A stretch of 64,000 nt of DNA. Source: Sphyrna mokarran. Its lineage: Eukaryota. The translations under genes and the position numbers were made by a program. Location: NCBI GenBank assembly GCA_024679065.1, contig JAGIQG010000002.1:65906001-65970000 (forward strand). Reading direction: 5' to 3'. The stretch's first letter is position 1. The number at the start of each line of letters is the position of its first letter. Shown piece by piece: positions 13,950 through 26,928 of the stretch. The notes under the pieces were generated by a model. The model saw nothing but the letters and a program-made list of their open reading frames with translations, did not search any database and was not told the origin of the DNA.

Positions 13950-14262
13950 ACAGTTCACCTTGGCCTTTTGGCTAAAATTAAGTGTAGTATCGACATGCTG
14001 TACTTGGTTGAAGTCGTTAGGTTATATTTTAGCTTCATTTGAAGCAATTTTTAAAAGCGGCATCTCGGCCTTTTGGCTAAGGTGCAAATGAGACCAAGCT
14101 TGGAGCAGGGGCTATGCCTATTCCAATCAGCTTGGATCATGTAGATCAAGACCAAGATAGGTGAGAGCCCTATCTTGTCAGCTTGGATTGGGAATGTCTC
14201 AATTTGTTAAAACTCTGAATTAGACTTGATTTGATTGAATTGGAATAAAAACAAAAAAAAAA
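13950..14262 (+). mobile_element. U2 snRNA-derived chimeric retroposon (SINE-like; two U2 5'-end copies and an A-tail)
   Basis: 13959-13991 matches U2 nt 8-40 at 30/33; 14063-14081 matches U2 nt 7-25 at 19/19; ends in AATAAA plus A-rich tail at 14244-14262. Confidence 0.7.
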
Positions 14263-16463
14263 CTGCAGCCAACTATCCACACAGTAATTTAATTGAGGCT
14301 GATATTTTACAATTTCCATTATTAAAATGTTGTCAATTCATTTATAAGAGCCAAATCTCTTTCTTTAAGATCCACTTATTATCAGGAATTTTGGCTGTTA
14401 AATTAAAAAATGTTCTGTAAGGGACACTAAGCTCTAATAAAATTCCAATGAAATAAAGTAATATTCATGTAATATGCCTAAAGTGCAAATAATTAAATAT
14501 AAACATGCATAATAAACATCCTACAGCATTTTGACTGTTTATATAATTGAGGTTGTTAAAATAGTGGCATAATTATATTTAAATCTGTATTTTCACTTAA
14601 TGGGTATGTCAAATAAGTAGGACTATTCCTTTCAATCAGGACATACAAATTAAAGTTGTATGAGGCCGTCTTTTGTTAGTTTAAACATTGAAATTAAAGT
14701 AGTAATAAACAACAAAACATTTCAAAAACTGAAATATTTTGAAGCATATTTTCATTTCTTCACTCATCTGTTTCTCTCTTCCTCCACTCAAGTTGTTGCT
14801 CTTGCCTAAATTCACTTCTTTTGGTACCGGGTGCCCTTTATATTCTGAAGTGAGCCTAGACAGTGAATAATGAGTGGTTATTACAGTACTGAGTTTGGCC
14901 ATACCCTTTGATGACATTGACACCTGCAGTGAGGATCATTCTCAGTATTAGGTTTGGCCATTTCATCGTTTTTGTGCTGACCCCAATTGAGATCAGTGAA
15001 TGTGGTTTGGCAGAGAGGGGGGCTTAATGATTGTGTGGAAGAGAAATTTGTTTGCCACTTCAGCTCTATTCCCTGGGGGCAGGCAGTGCCATATGCTGCT
15101 ACTTGCATGGCCCGTACAATGTTCTTCAGTATTGTTGAAGAATACGCAGAAGAGGTTGTTTGTGATGCCACCTGGCATGGGGAATTGAGCTGAGCTTTCC
15201 CACTATCTTCCCAGCTTGGAAAAGCTCAGAAATCTAATGGATAAATTTGCTATGCCATCAATGCAGTCACAGAATCTTTTCTAAATATGCATTCTTCCAT
15301 GGTTATTTGACGACCCCAATTAAAATTGCAGAAGTGGTGAATATATTCTGTAAAGAAGATTACAGATTGCAGTAAATCTCAAGGTTGCCATAAAAGTATA
15401 GATCAAAATTTAATGAGTATAATTCAAATGGAGGGTGAATATTGACATTTTTATTTTGTTAAAAAAAAATAAAGCTGTGCTTACATTTCTGACAAATAAG
15501 ACGTGACCTGAATAGTTCTATACATCATGAAAGATTGGGCATCAACATCCATGTGGGATGATTCCAATCAATGAGTTACTTATTTGAAAGGTTATTAGTT
15601 TAGAATAAACTATTGCAGTAAAGGAGGCAATTGACCACTCAAAATTAGCAGTCACTTTAAATTTATTTCAGTGAATGTGGCATTTAATGTATCAAAAGAT
15701 GCAAAAAAGTTATGATGAAGTGTTCAATAACATTCAGGTAAAGGTTCACTTATAAATAGTGAGTAGACTTGGGCCTTCCGGCAGAGGATCTAAAGCCTGA
15801 AAAGTCTGTCTCCCAATTCTAAGCAACTCCAATCCCCCCCATACTTTTCTGGCTTTAATTGAAGCCAGAAATTGGGCAAGCAGCCAATATATTCTGGGGG
15901 AGTATGTTGGAACCATACATATAATAAAGCTTTAGACTTCATTGTCGCTTTTTACTTTAACTATGGTGGGCAAAAACTTTAGCTGCCTCATAGTGAGAAT
16001 TTGAATTCAGAGATCAGTGCTGTTACATCAATCATCTGATTAGAATTGCCAGCCTGATGAGCTTCCACAGTTGGGAACATTCCATAGACTTTCCCTCAGA
16101 GGCCACCCTTGACTACAAGACCCCAAAATTTTTGTTCTTCATGGTGCACCCTCCTCACCCCTTGACATTACAAATCAGCTTGATCGTCAAGGACTTGACA
16201 GGACCTGCAGCCTTACTAATGGCTCCCCTACCAAGCCTGGATGCCAAACCTCTCAATGTGTGACATGAACCATGGTGGTGACATTGCAAGAATGTCATGA
16301 TATTAAAATTCATTGCGCGTATACAAGAATCTGAATTCCCAGCTTCTACACATCTATTTGACCTATCCATTCCCAAAATGTTGGGTAAATAAAAAATTAG
16401 CCCATTAACTTTTGAAATATTGCCTTGGCTCATATATATGTTTTCAAATGCATTTGTTTTTAG

Positions 16464-16581
16464 AACTCCCACAATGGCAGGAGGACTGTTTTCAATAGAC
16501 AGAGATTACTTTGAACTAATAGGAACATATGATGCAGGCATGGATATTTGGGGAGGAGAGAACCTGGAAATTTCTTTCAGA
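16464..16581 (+). CDS. GALNT1: GALNT1 coding exon (Gal/GalNAc-T WGGEN motif)
   Basis: tttag|A ACT CCC ACA ATG...TTC AGA|gtaagt; 118 nt; [39 protein letters not shown]. Confidence 0.97.
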
Positions 16582-16734
16582 GTAAGTATCTGGTAATTTT
16601 TTTATAGCAGATTAATCTTATTCACTACCACAAGATATTTGTATCATTGTTTCACCAATGTTTATTCATTATTTGTTAATATTTTTAAGGGCTGATTTAT
16701 TTATTGGCTACTTGAAGTGTGGTATTAACCTTTG

Positions 16735-17050
16735 GGTGTCAGCCTTGGTTTGTAGTAATACTTTTGAGCTGATATATTGTGGGTTCAAGCCCCACTGGCT
16801 GGCATTTTAATACAGTTCTCAGGGTGTACTTCCCTGTCTGAAGTACTGACTTCTTTCTGATCAAACATAAATCTAAGGTTGCAAATGTTTTCTTAGATAT
16901 GCATTAAATGTTCCTATTCAAAAAAGAGCAGGAAGTTCTGTTGAATTCTGGCTAACATTTATCCTTCAAGTTACACCAAAAAGATAATCAGGTCATATAT
17001 TAAATTATTGTTTATATAACATTGGCTGCTGTATGATCTTTTAGCCATTG
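16735..17050 (+). mobile_element. Deu-domain tRNA-SINE, decayed
   Basis: gggtgtcagccttggt head, gtgggttcaagcccc B box, aagagcaggaagttct...ctggctaacatttatccttcaa core. Confidence 0.6.
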
Positions 17051-17149
17051 CAGAGACGTGGGGGCGAATTATCCTGTTCTGCCCGCCACATGGTCTGCTG
17101 ACCTTGGGTGTGACTTTCTGGCTTCAGAGTGAAAATCCTGCCCATGGTT

Positions 17150-18745
17150 ACAAGGAGATCAAAACTAGAAACTAAATATTCAGGGGTATGTGACTTTTCG
17201 TAAAGAAAGGATGGTGGGTAGCTTTATTAGTATGACATAGAATGAATACAATAGCAAGAAATGTTCTCAGATCAGAAGATGTAGAATCCATATGAGTGGA
17301 GGGAAGAAATAACAAGGGAAAGAAAACACAGGTTTGAGTATATTACAGGCTACTACACTGTAGGACAGAGAATAAATCCAGGTCAGAAACAGTGTGTTGT
17401 GGAACTTAAATAAAGATAGGTATAAAGGAATGAGAGCAGAGTTGGCTGGAGTGGACTAGAAGAGGAGTTTAGCAGCAAAGACAGTTGAGCAGCACTGGCA
17501 GACGTTACTGAAAATAATTTATGCCTCACAACAAAGGTACATCCCAGTAAGGAAGAGGATTCTAGAAAGGAGATAAATCAAGCATGCTAACCAAGGAAGT
17601 TAAGGATAGTATTAAATTGAAAGCAAAAAAACATATAATGTGGCAAAGATTAATCGTAAGCCAGAGGATTGGGAAAGTCTTTGAAAAACCAACAAAAGAT
17701 CACCAAGAAAATAATAAATGAAGAAGATAAACTGAAGATGAACTGGCAAATAACATAAAAGCTGATAGCAAGAGCTCTTTAAATATATAAAAAGGGAGAG
17801 GTCAAAGTGAACATAGGCCCCTTAGAGAACAAGACTGAAGAAATAATAATGAAGAACCAGGAAATGGCAGAGGAGTTAAATAAATACCTTGTGCTTGTCT
17901 TCATGGTGGAAGACACTAATAACATTCTAAAAATATTATATAATCAAGGGCAGAAGCGGGAGAAGGAAATTAAATACAATAACTATCACAAGAGAAAAAG
18001 CATTATGAACCCAAAGGGCTAAAGGCCAATATATCTGAACATGATGAGTTGCATCCCAGGATATTAAAGGTTTTACAGAGATGGTGGATGCACTGGTGGT
18101 AATCTTCCAAAAATCCTTAAATTATGGAAATAGTTCCAGAAGATTGAATTACTACCAATGTAATGCCCTTATTCAAGAAGGGAGGGAGACAAAAAAAAAA
18201 CAGGTAACTATGGGCCAGTTAGCTTAACTTCTGTAATTGGGAAAATGTTAGAATCCATTATAAAGGATGTAATAGCAGAGCATTTAGAAATGCGTAACAG
18301 AATCAAGTAAAGTTTGCATGGCTTTATGAAGGGGAAATAATTTTAAGTCATCATAACAAATTTATCATTCTTTTAAGTGGTAATGAGCAGGATAGATAAA
18401 GAGGAACCAGTAGACATGATGTACGTTGAAATCCAATGATGAATAAGAGCCCATGTCATTAGCATGAAGAGAGAGAATTGGCTAACTGATAGAAGACATA
18501 GAGTTGGAATAAGTGGTCACTTCCAGGATGGCAACGTGTAACTAGTGGAGTGTCACAGGGATCAGTGTTGGGCTCTCAATTATTTACAATATATATTAAT
18601 AAGTCGGATGAGGGAAATGAATGTCAATTTTGCAGGTGACACAAAAACAGGTGGATAAGCAAGGGGTGAGGATGACACAAAGCATGTGCAGAGGGGATAT
18701 AGACAGATTAATTGAGTGGGCAAAAACTTGACAGATGGAATATAA
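17150..18745 (+). mobile_element. CR1 LINE ORF2 remnant (endonuclease to RT)
   Basis: NIGPLEN...EMAEELNKYL, GNYGPVSLTSVIGKMLE and VTSGVSQGSVLG motifs with frameshifts. Confidence 0.85.
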
Positions 18746-19229
18746 TCAGGGCAATTCTCCAGGGCTGCTAGTCCCAGCCATGATTCCTGATGGTCCATTG
18801 AATTGAGCAAGAGAGCAAAATTGAGATTCTTGCCTGGGGTCAAACTCGATGTGAATCTCCTCGCCTGCTGTATCTGGCGAATCAGGATCTTGTCCAGAAA
18901 GGCTAGGTTAAAACTGATGGGCTGAAAGGTTAAAGGGGAGTTGAGGGGAAATTATTTTAACCACAAAGTGGAGGTGAGGAGGGCTGGAAACAAAAAACGT
19001 CTTTAAAAAAAAATGCAGTGCATTGTAATCCATTAGAAGCACTATGATCTATGGAGCTACTGTTAAGGGCTGAAAACAGAAACCCTTTCAGACATCTGAT
19101 GGAATGAATAGCTGCCCCTTCTGCTATTACTTTTCATAAGTCTATAGCCAATCTGACCCATGAAAGAATCATTTATATCAATTAAATAAGACATCAAAAT
19201 TATTTTGCCATTCTCATATATGAGGATGC

Positions 19230-19537
19230 AGAATCCTGTCCATTTAGTTTGAAACTCACCATAGCAGAAGGTGTAGTTTGAATTCAATTAAAATAAAATC
19301 TGGAATTAAAAAGTCTCATGACCGCGAGACATTTTTGATTGATACAAAAACCCATTTAGTTCACTAATGTCCTTTTAGGGAAGGAAATCTGTCATCCTTA
19401 CCCAGTCTGGCCTACATGCAACTCCCCTTTAACCTTTCAACGTAGTTGGTTCTTAAACGTCCTCGGGAGGGCAGTTAGAGGTGGGCAATAAATGCTGGCC
19501 AGCCAGCAGCATCCACATTCTGTGAATGAAAAAAAAA
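19230..19537 (+). mobile_element. SINE with gggcaataaatgctggcc-type tail
   Basis: gttcactaatgtccttttagggaaggaaatctg body and A-rich end. Confidence 0.6.
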
Positions 19538-19859
19538 GCATTGGCTCATTTAGTATTTCATTGGTTCTTAGAAGTCTGACTTTTATTGTGGCTACCTTGG
19601 ATTGGATTTGAAATTGACCTCAATGTTATAACAATACCATACTTAACAAACGTGCCAGATCCTATATGTGAAAACTTAATCAAAGGATTAGGCTTTTTCT
19701 ACGTGATTTTGCTTTCCCCTCATCAGTGTTCTTAAGAACTGTTAAAATTTCATTGTAATCATTGGCACTCTGGGATAACATGAGGACATTGCAAGAATGC
19801 AAGTCTTTTGTGAGGAAACTATCATAAATTTTAAGCTTCTATGAGTAAGATGGCGGATA

Positions 19860-20145
19860 TTTATTTATTAATGTCACAAGTAGACTTACGTTAATACTGT
19901 GATGAGGTTACTGTGAAAATTCCCTAGTCGTCACACTCTAGTGCCTCTTCAGGTACACTGAGGGAAGATTTAGCTTGGCCAATGCACCTAACCAGTTTGT
20001 CTTTTGAACAGTGGAAGCAAACCAGACCACCCAGAAGAACCACACAGGCATGGGAAGAACATGCAGACTCCTGCACAGACAGTGACCTCAGCCAGGAATT
20101 GAACCCAGGTCTCTGGCACTATAAGGCTAACACTGCTAACCACAT
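19860..20145 (-). mobile_element. V-domain tRNA-SINE (second tail type)
   Basis: Reverse complement of head, V core and tail homologous to 11405-11700. Confidence 0.8.
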
Positions 20146-20616
20146 AGGAGGCATGCAAGGGCTGGTATTGGAGCAACCCTCTGTTCCTGTGTGGGAAGTG
20201 TTTGCCTTTCAATGAATAGATGAGATTGGATATTCGTGAGCATTTTATATGCTAATCTATACCTCTGTGTTTCATTGTACACCAGCTCAAAACCCTAGTG
20301 TATTGTGCCACGCTGATGTTGCTGCATTTGGTACAATTTCAGAACTACACCTCATTCTATTATCATGTGTGTGAAAAATAGAACCACTGAGCTGCAGTTG
20401 CCATGGGATAATCTATTGGCTTGATTCAGTCACACCACGTATTTTAAATGGACGTTGTATGGAATATTAATCTTATAATGAACTAAGTTTTTGGATAGCA
20501 ATTCAGTTATGGGCTTCAATTATTTTTTATTCTCTGGGTTCTTGCTGTAATAGAGACTGCCAGAGGTATATTCACATTATAACTCAAAGATTGGTCTCAT
20601 AAAAGATCCATGATGA

Positions 20617-20940
20617 GGGAGGCACAATGCATAGTGGTTAGCACTGCTGCTTCACATAGCCAGAGACCTGGGTTCAATTCTGACCTTGGGTCACTGTCTA
20701 TGTGGAGATTGCACATTATCCCTGTGTCTGCATGGGTTTCCTCTGGATACTCCGGTTTCTCCCACAGCACAAAGATGTATGGTTACGTTGATTGGGCATG
20801 GTAAATTGCCCTAGTGTCAGGGGACTAGCAAGGTAAATATGTGAGGTTGGGGAATAGGGCCTGGGTGAGATTGTGGTTAGTGCAGACTCGATGAGCTGAA
20901 TGGCCTGTTCCTGCCCTGTGGGGATTCTGTGATTCTATTA
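20617..20940 (+). mobile_element. V-domain tRNA-SINE, CR1-type tail
   Basis: tagtggttagcactgctgc...gggttcaattc head, V core, tail gctgaatggcctg...gggattctgtgattcta. Confidence 0.85.
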
Positions 20941-21229
20941 AATGCTTCCTGCATGAGTGTAAGAGTTGCTTATTCTTCCTTCTGTTATGTTAAAGGCAGG
21001 AAAAGCAAGAAGTGTTCTTGACTTTCTGCTATCACTGATTTGGGAGGCTCGTGTCTGGTGTCATGGGCTAGCATGATTCACATGGGGACATTTTTAAAGT
21101 GATTGAATTTTACAGTGATTGAATCTTGAATCCCAGTGATTATAATGCTGCCGGTGCCAGAGGGAAACACACCAATTTTCCCATTGCCAACAGCACTTAG
21201 AATGCATGTGGTAGAATCACAGCCAGCGT

Positions 21230-22405
21230 AGAAAAATGTGAATTTATGTTCTTCAGAACGAAGAATAAAGCAGCTGAATATTATTTAAATGGAGAAAGAC
21301 TGCATAAATCACAAAAAGCTAGCATGTATGTTCAGGGAGTAGGGAAAGCAAATGAAACCTTTATTTCAAACGGAATGAGATATAAAAATAGGAAAATCTT
21401 GCTAAAACTATACTAATTAGAATTTAACTAGTTAACTATTGAGTCTACCTGTTAGACTGTATCTTGAATACTGTGAACAGTTTTGGTCTCCTTATATAAG
21501 GTGGGATATACAGTCATTGGAAGCAGTCCTGAAAAAAAATCCCTGGGAATGGAGGGATTTTCTTATGAGGAGAGCCAAAGTAGGTTAGGCATGTATTTAT
21601 TGGAGTTTAGAAGAATAAGAGGCAACATTATTGAGATGTGTGGGATTATCCAGGCTTGACAGAGTAGATGCTGAGATGTTTTCCCTTGTGGGAGAGTCTA
21701 GAAAAGAGTTCATAATCTGAATATGGTGTTAGACCTTTAAGATAATAGCGAGGAGAAATTTATTCTGAGGGTAGTGAATCTGTGGATTTATTTTACTCAG
21801 TAAAGATTTACAACACCAATTTTAAATCCAACCAATTTATTTGATAGTAAATCCGCGAGATTTTGACACTATGTTGTGCCTTCGTCAGGCAAATGCAGTG
21901 TTCTGATCTGCAGAGGCACTCATATCCACACAGACAGTTACAGATTGCTGATTAGAATGCGAATCCTTACATCTAACCTGCTATTCAAGTGTTAAAGTGG
22001 CTAACAATGTGTGTGAAGGGAATCCTGAGCATTGGTTAGAGAATTGTGTATTTTGTCCAGACAGCACAGTAAGTGAGGTTTTTTGCTAACCCAGGCAAGT
22101 TACGGGGTTACAGATAGTGTGTCATGAAGCCAAGATCCCTATTAAGACCGTCCTCATGTGTGCGGAACTTGGCTATCAGTCTCTGCTCAGCAACTCTGCG
22201 CTGTCGTGTGTCACGATTTATTTTACCACAGAGAGCTGTTCAATGGTGAGACAGACAGATTTTTAATCAGTAAGGGAATCGAGGATTATGGTGATAAAGC
22301 AGGAAAGTGGAATTGAGGATTATCAGATCAAGTTATGATGTCATTGAATTGCAGAGCGGAGTCAATGGGCCAAATAGTCTATTTCTGCTACTGTGTCTTC
22401 TGGTC
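21230..22405 (+). mobile_element. CR1 LINE 3' end, interrupted by a Penelope fragment
   Basis: LEYCEQFWSP motif near 21465 and tail gggccaaatagtct... Confidence 0.75.
21820..22214 (-). mobile_element. Penelope-like element 3' end (GIY-YIG C-terminus and terminal repeat)
   Basis: Minus strand DTRQRRVAEQRLIAKFRTHEDGLNRDLGFMTHYL*; decayed hammerhead CTGACGA...AAAA near 21865-21890. Confidence 0.75.
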
Positions 22406-22904
22406 TTTTGCATTACCTAACATTACAACAGTGATTAACCACAGAAGATTTTCATTGTCTGTAGAGCATTTTGGGGCATCCCAAGGTTGTGTAAGATGCT
22501 ATAGAAATGCAAATTGTTTTTATTCTGTTAAGTAAATATGAATACTCTGGCTAACATGATTGATAGCTTATAGTTTTAAGCATTAAGTTCTTGGTGTTCA
22601 TTAAATTTAATTGTCAATTTTGAATTTTGGACTTTAGCAACCTAAACCTCATTATATTGACTATTCAGGTTCTTAAAGATCAGCACACATGTTACTGCGC
22701 TTTTAGTGAAACTGTTTTGGCAGCCAACAAGTATCAAGTTTGATTAGTAAATCCACAAGCAACTCTGCTTGGATTCAAATGTTCAAGAATATCTTTGAAT
22801 GCAACCATAGTGTGTCATAACCAGCTTTGTGCTAGTTTCATTATGATTTAAAAATGTTCATTTAACATGTAAGAATAACCTGTAATTTGTTGTATCTTAT
22901 GCAA

Positions 22905-23011
22905 TTCTATATAGTAACTACATTTAAAAGTGCCACATTTAGTAAAACAATTTGTGACATCCCAAAGTTGTGGAAGGAACTATATAAATGCAAGTACTTT
23001 CTTTCTTCTAG
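22905..23011 (+). mobile_element. Deu-SINE/L2-type 3' tail overlapping a GALNT1 3' splice site
   Basis: gtaaaacaatttgtgacatcccaaagttgtggaaggaactatataaatgcaagtactttctttc, homologous to the tail copy at 22460-22512. Confidence 0.6.
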
Positions 23012-23192
23012 ATCTGGCAGTGTGGTGGTACTTTGGAAATTGTTACTTGTTCACATGTTGGCCATGTATTCCGTAAAGCTACTCCTTACACTTTCCCTGG
23101 AGGTACAGGGCAGATAATAAATAAGAATAATAGACGGCTCGCAGAGGTCTGGATGGATGACTTCAAAAATTTCTTTTACATTATATCACCTG
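23012..23192 (+). CDS. GALNT1: GALNT1 coding exon
   Basis: ttctag|ATC TGG CAG...CCT G|gtaagt; 181 nt; [60 protein letters not shown]. Confidence 0.97.
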
Positions 23193-24745
23193 GTAAGTAA
23201 CATCAAATAAGTATTGGAAATTAAAAATAAAATAGTTCCTGATATTTAGCTTCCTAGTTCTTAAAATCACTGGAGAATATTTCGCTCAGTGCGCATCACA
23301 AAATTAAATTTGAAAGATACTTAAAGAATAAAACAGTATTGTTGATTCTCATGGCATCATAAAATGCATTCCAATATTGATTGGTTCTCTTTTTAGGGAT
23401 TTTTTAGAATTGAACATATTGTTACTTTGTATAGTCAACTATGCAAGGCCAAGAGATTTTCTAGTATTGGTGCTTTTGGCACTATTGCATTCAGACTGCC
23501 ATCTGAAAACAATTTATTAAATTGGTAATTTTATTTTCAATGTAGCTTATCTTTGTTCTTCAATCTACCTGGATTTATCTACACTGAAGGAAAAGTGGAT
23601 GTGTTGCCAACTTCAAGACCTATTCAATTGACCCTTTGAGGTGTCACTCACCATTAGCCTGGATTGTTGTGTATTGATTCACATTCCTTCTGTCCCCTTT
23701 GGGAGACACTGCTGCCTTAAGTTAGCAACTTGAGCTGAAATCAGCAACTTCTGTTCTGTTATTTTGAACATTAATGTTCCAATAGTGTTCTCACAACTGC
23801 TCTAGTTCACTCATTTGTAAGACACAATGTTGCTGAAACTTTTCAGATACCTTTCAAAAAGAGATTATCTTAGTATGTTGGGTTACATGACTGTGTATGT
23901 TCTGCACTTGAATGCTAGCTCTTTGGCTCCAGAATATAAAACTATATTTCATTGATAAGAAACGTTTTTTTATTTTAAATGAACAGAAACCCGTTACCAT
24001 AATCTTACATTTCAACAGAAATGAAAAAGCAAAATTGGGCCACTTGTTTTTTTGTTTCAAATTTTAGTTTCCTTCAGTTTATCGACATTTATCATTGCTC
24101 TTTTCAACTGCAAAGTTCTTGTATAAGTTATATTACAAAAGAACATGCTCCTTTGGTATTACAGCTTCATTTTCATACTTAAGAGGCAGGCGGTAACAGG
24201 GTCAGATTTAATGCAGGATTAGTTCTTTAGCATATTGACAATGTATTTGAAGGAAAAGCAACATTGCATCTCTCTCACAGTACCTTTTGCAACAATAACA
24301 GGGATCTGGATCAAAAGTTAATTTGAACTGAAACCTCTGGTAGGTATACAAGAAGATTAATCATTCCTTTGTCTTTTTTTGCCCCCCACTGCTGTCAGTC
24401 CCCTGCCACATCCCCAAAGTAAGGGAGTTTTGAATGAATACCCAGAAATTAAAGCAGAGCTCCTCTATTGCTTAAGGCCCCAAACCAATTATCTGTGTAT
24501 GTATTCTTGTGTTTCCTCTTGAGCTTTTGTGGAAACTTAAAAACATTGTCCAAACAGAAACATGTTTTTTTTTACAGGAAATCTCAAGCAAAATAGAAAA
24601 TTCTAGAAACACTCAAAAGGCTAGCTAATATTAACGGATAAAAGAGATGAGTTAGCATTTTGGGTGCAATTGCTTTCATCTGAACCATTACTACGAATGT
24701 TTTATTTGTTTCATGATTTACAGTGCTCTGATTCTAATTCGACAG

Positions 24746-24885
24746 GTGTTACAAAGGTTGAATATGGAGACATAACAGTGCGCAAAGCGTTAAGACAAAA
24801 ACTGTCTTGCAAACCTTTCTCTTGGTTCCTGGAAAACGTTTATCCCGATTCCCATATTCCAAGGCATTATTTCTCCTTGGGAGAG
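24746..24885 (+). CDS. GALNT1: GALNT1 coding exon (end of catalytic domain and linker)
   Basis: gacag|GT GTT ACA AAG...GGA GAG|gtatga; 140 nt; (G)[46 protein letters not shown]. Confidence 0.96.
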
Positions 24886-26829
24886 GTATGAATTATAGCT
24901 TAAATCTAAAAATGATTGTAATTTCCTCCTTAAAGCATATTTAGGCATAACTAACCTGTAGCTGGGTTGTCACTGTTTTCAATTCATTAATCAGTTGCCA
25001 TTACATAAGCTTTCAATTGACTACTGAATTCAGATTATTGTGACATCACACAAGGTCTGTTTTTTTCTATTGATTACTGATGCATGTTTTCAATTTGTGA
25101 TGCTAACTCTTCATCTAAAGCTGCCTCTACTCTAATCCTAATTTCCATCCCTGTATTATTTCCTATTGTTCGTTTTCAACTATTTTTCTAATTTCCTCCT
25201 CAAATAAAAACCCACTTTAATTGTCATCTCTGATGAAGCATTTCACTTTTTGATAACACTATGTTAAATAAAAATTATTCTACCTTCCTCCTCTAACAAT
25301 TTTTGGTTTAAGTGCTCTGTTGCTCAGTTAATTAACCAGCCTCACTATTTACTCTTTCAAAGGTTCTCATAATAGTGCAACCTCGATTTAATAGTTTTCC
25401 AGTGACACAACCCTCAATTTTTTTCAAGCCCTTTTCATAACTGTAATCTCATTCACATGAATATTTGCCATATTTCCTTAACTCTTCCATATTTCCAGAT
25501 ATACATTCAGTACATCAAAGGCCTAATTTTTATCTTCAACAAATTTAGTATCATTTCCTTCATTTCTTTCACTTTATTAAAAGCCTTACTGTTAATAACC
25601 TATATCCTTTCACTGTTTTTTCCAGTGTTTTATTCACATTTCTCTGCATTCTGTCCTCTATCTGTTCATTATTCCAATTAATATTCCATTATTCCAGCTG
25701 TTTATTATTCAAATTTGTTCTCCTGTAATTTCTTGCATCTTACAAGCATTCTAGTCACCAGCAAATTTTCATATCATTACTCCTGTGTCTCTTTCTAAGT
25801 CAATTATACATCGAACATAAGTGATTCCAGAAATATCCTTACACCACTATCTATTTCCCACTAATCCAAGAGATTTTTGTCAGTTTAAGTGGATTTAGGT
25901 TACAATCAAATTAATACTAACTTTCAGTGAAGTATGATGGATATGCAGTGTGACATTTTCCTACTTTATCCATTAGAACCATGACAAATACCAATAACAG
26001 TTAAATACTATACTCTGTTACTACACTTTTATCCTGCAAATGTTGGAAATCTGAAATGAGATCAAAAAAGATTAGACATGCACAACATTTGACAACATAT
26101 CTCCAACAAGGGAAAAGGCCAACCAACTTTTTGGATTTCTCAATAGACCTTCATTCTGCTATCCTTTGTTTTCACAAATTCTGATTTACCTCTATACTTG
26201 CAACATTAAAACATTCTAAGATTTGTTACATGAAAAATATTGTTTAGAGCAGTTGTAGAAAGTTGTCCACAGATTTTTAACTGAAGAATGAAAATAACAC
26301 CAATTCTTTAAACTGTAAACAATTGTTATAGCAATCTTTATTTCTCTCCCATGAAGACTCATTCATAGTTTTCTGTTCTCCCTTTTTGTTCTGTTCTTTC
26401 CCTCCATTCTGAAGGTAATTTCTTGTTGTAATTCATCACAGATGTCTTCTGGTACCTTTTCCCAAAGTGACTTTGCTCAAGCTTGAGCCAAGATGGTGAA
26501 TTTTTTGAAAGCTATTTGATTATAAATTTTACAGCTGCGCTTGATCTTTTCCTCAGTGAAACACTTCTAGCAGAAACCATTGCACAGTAATCAGCAGCAG
26601 AACTCTGAATGAATAGTTTAGCATTACCTAAGCCAAGGCCAATTGCAGCCACCCTCCAACCTGCCAGAAATCAGCTAACTTAGCACAGAGCAAAAATCAA
26701 ACCCCAAACCTTCCAGTTTAGTATGAATCAACTATTGATTGGCTTACCAAGTGGAGTCACGAGGGAAGTGCACATTTTCAAAAGTTCATCTAGTTAGCTG
26801 CAATATTATTATTTATACTTTTATTTTAG

Positions 26830-26928
26830 ATCAGAAATGTGGAGACAAATCAATGTCTGGATAACATGGCAAGAAAGGAAAATGAGAAAGTGGGAATATT
26901 TAATTGTCATGGTATGGGAGGCAATCAG
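26830..26928 (+). CDS. GALNT1: GALNT1 coding exon (ricin-B lectin alpha repeat)
   Basis: tttag|ATC AGA AAT...AAT CAG|gtgagt; 99 nt; [33 protein letters not shown]. Confidence 0.97.

Noticed and set aside
13959-14110. Functional U2 snRNA gene
   Set aside because: Only 5' fragments are present; stem-loops II-IV are missing and no PSE or 3' box was recognised
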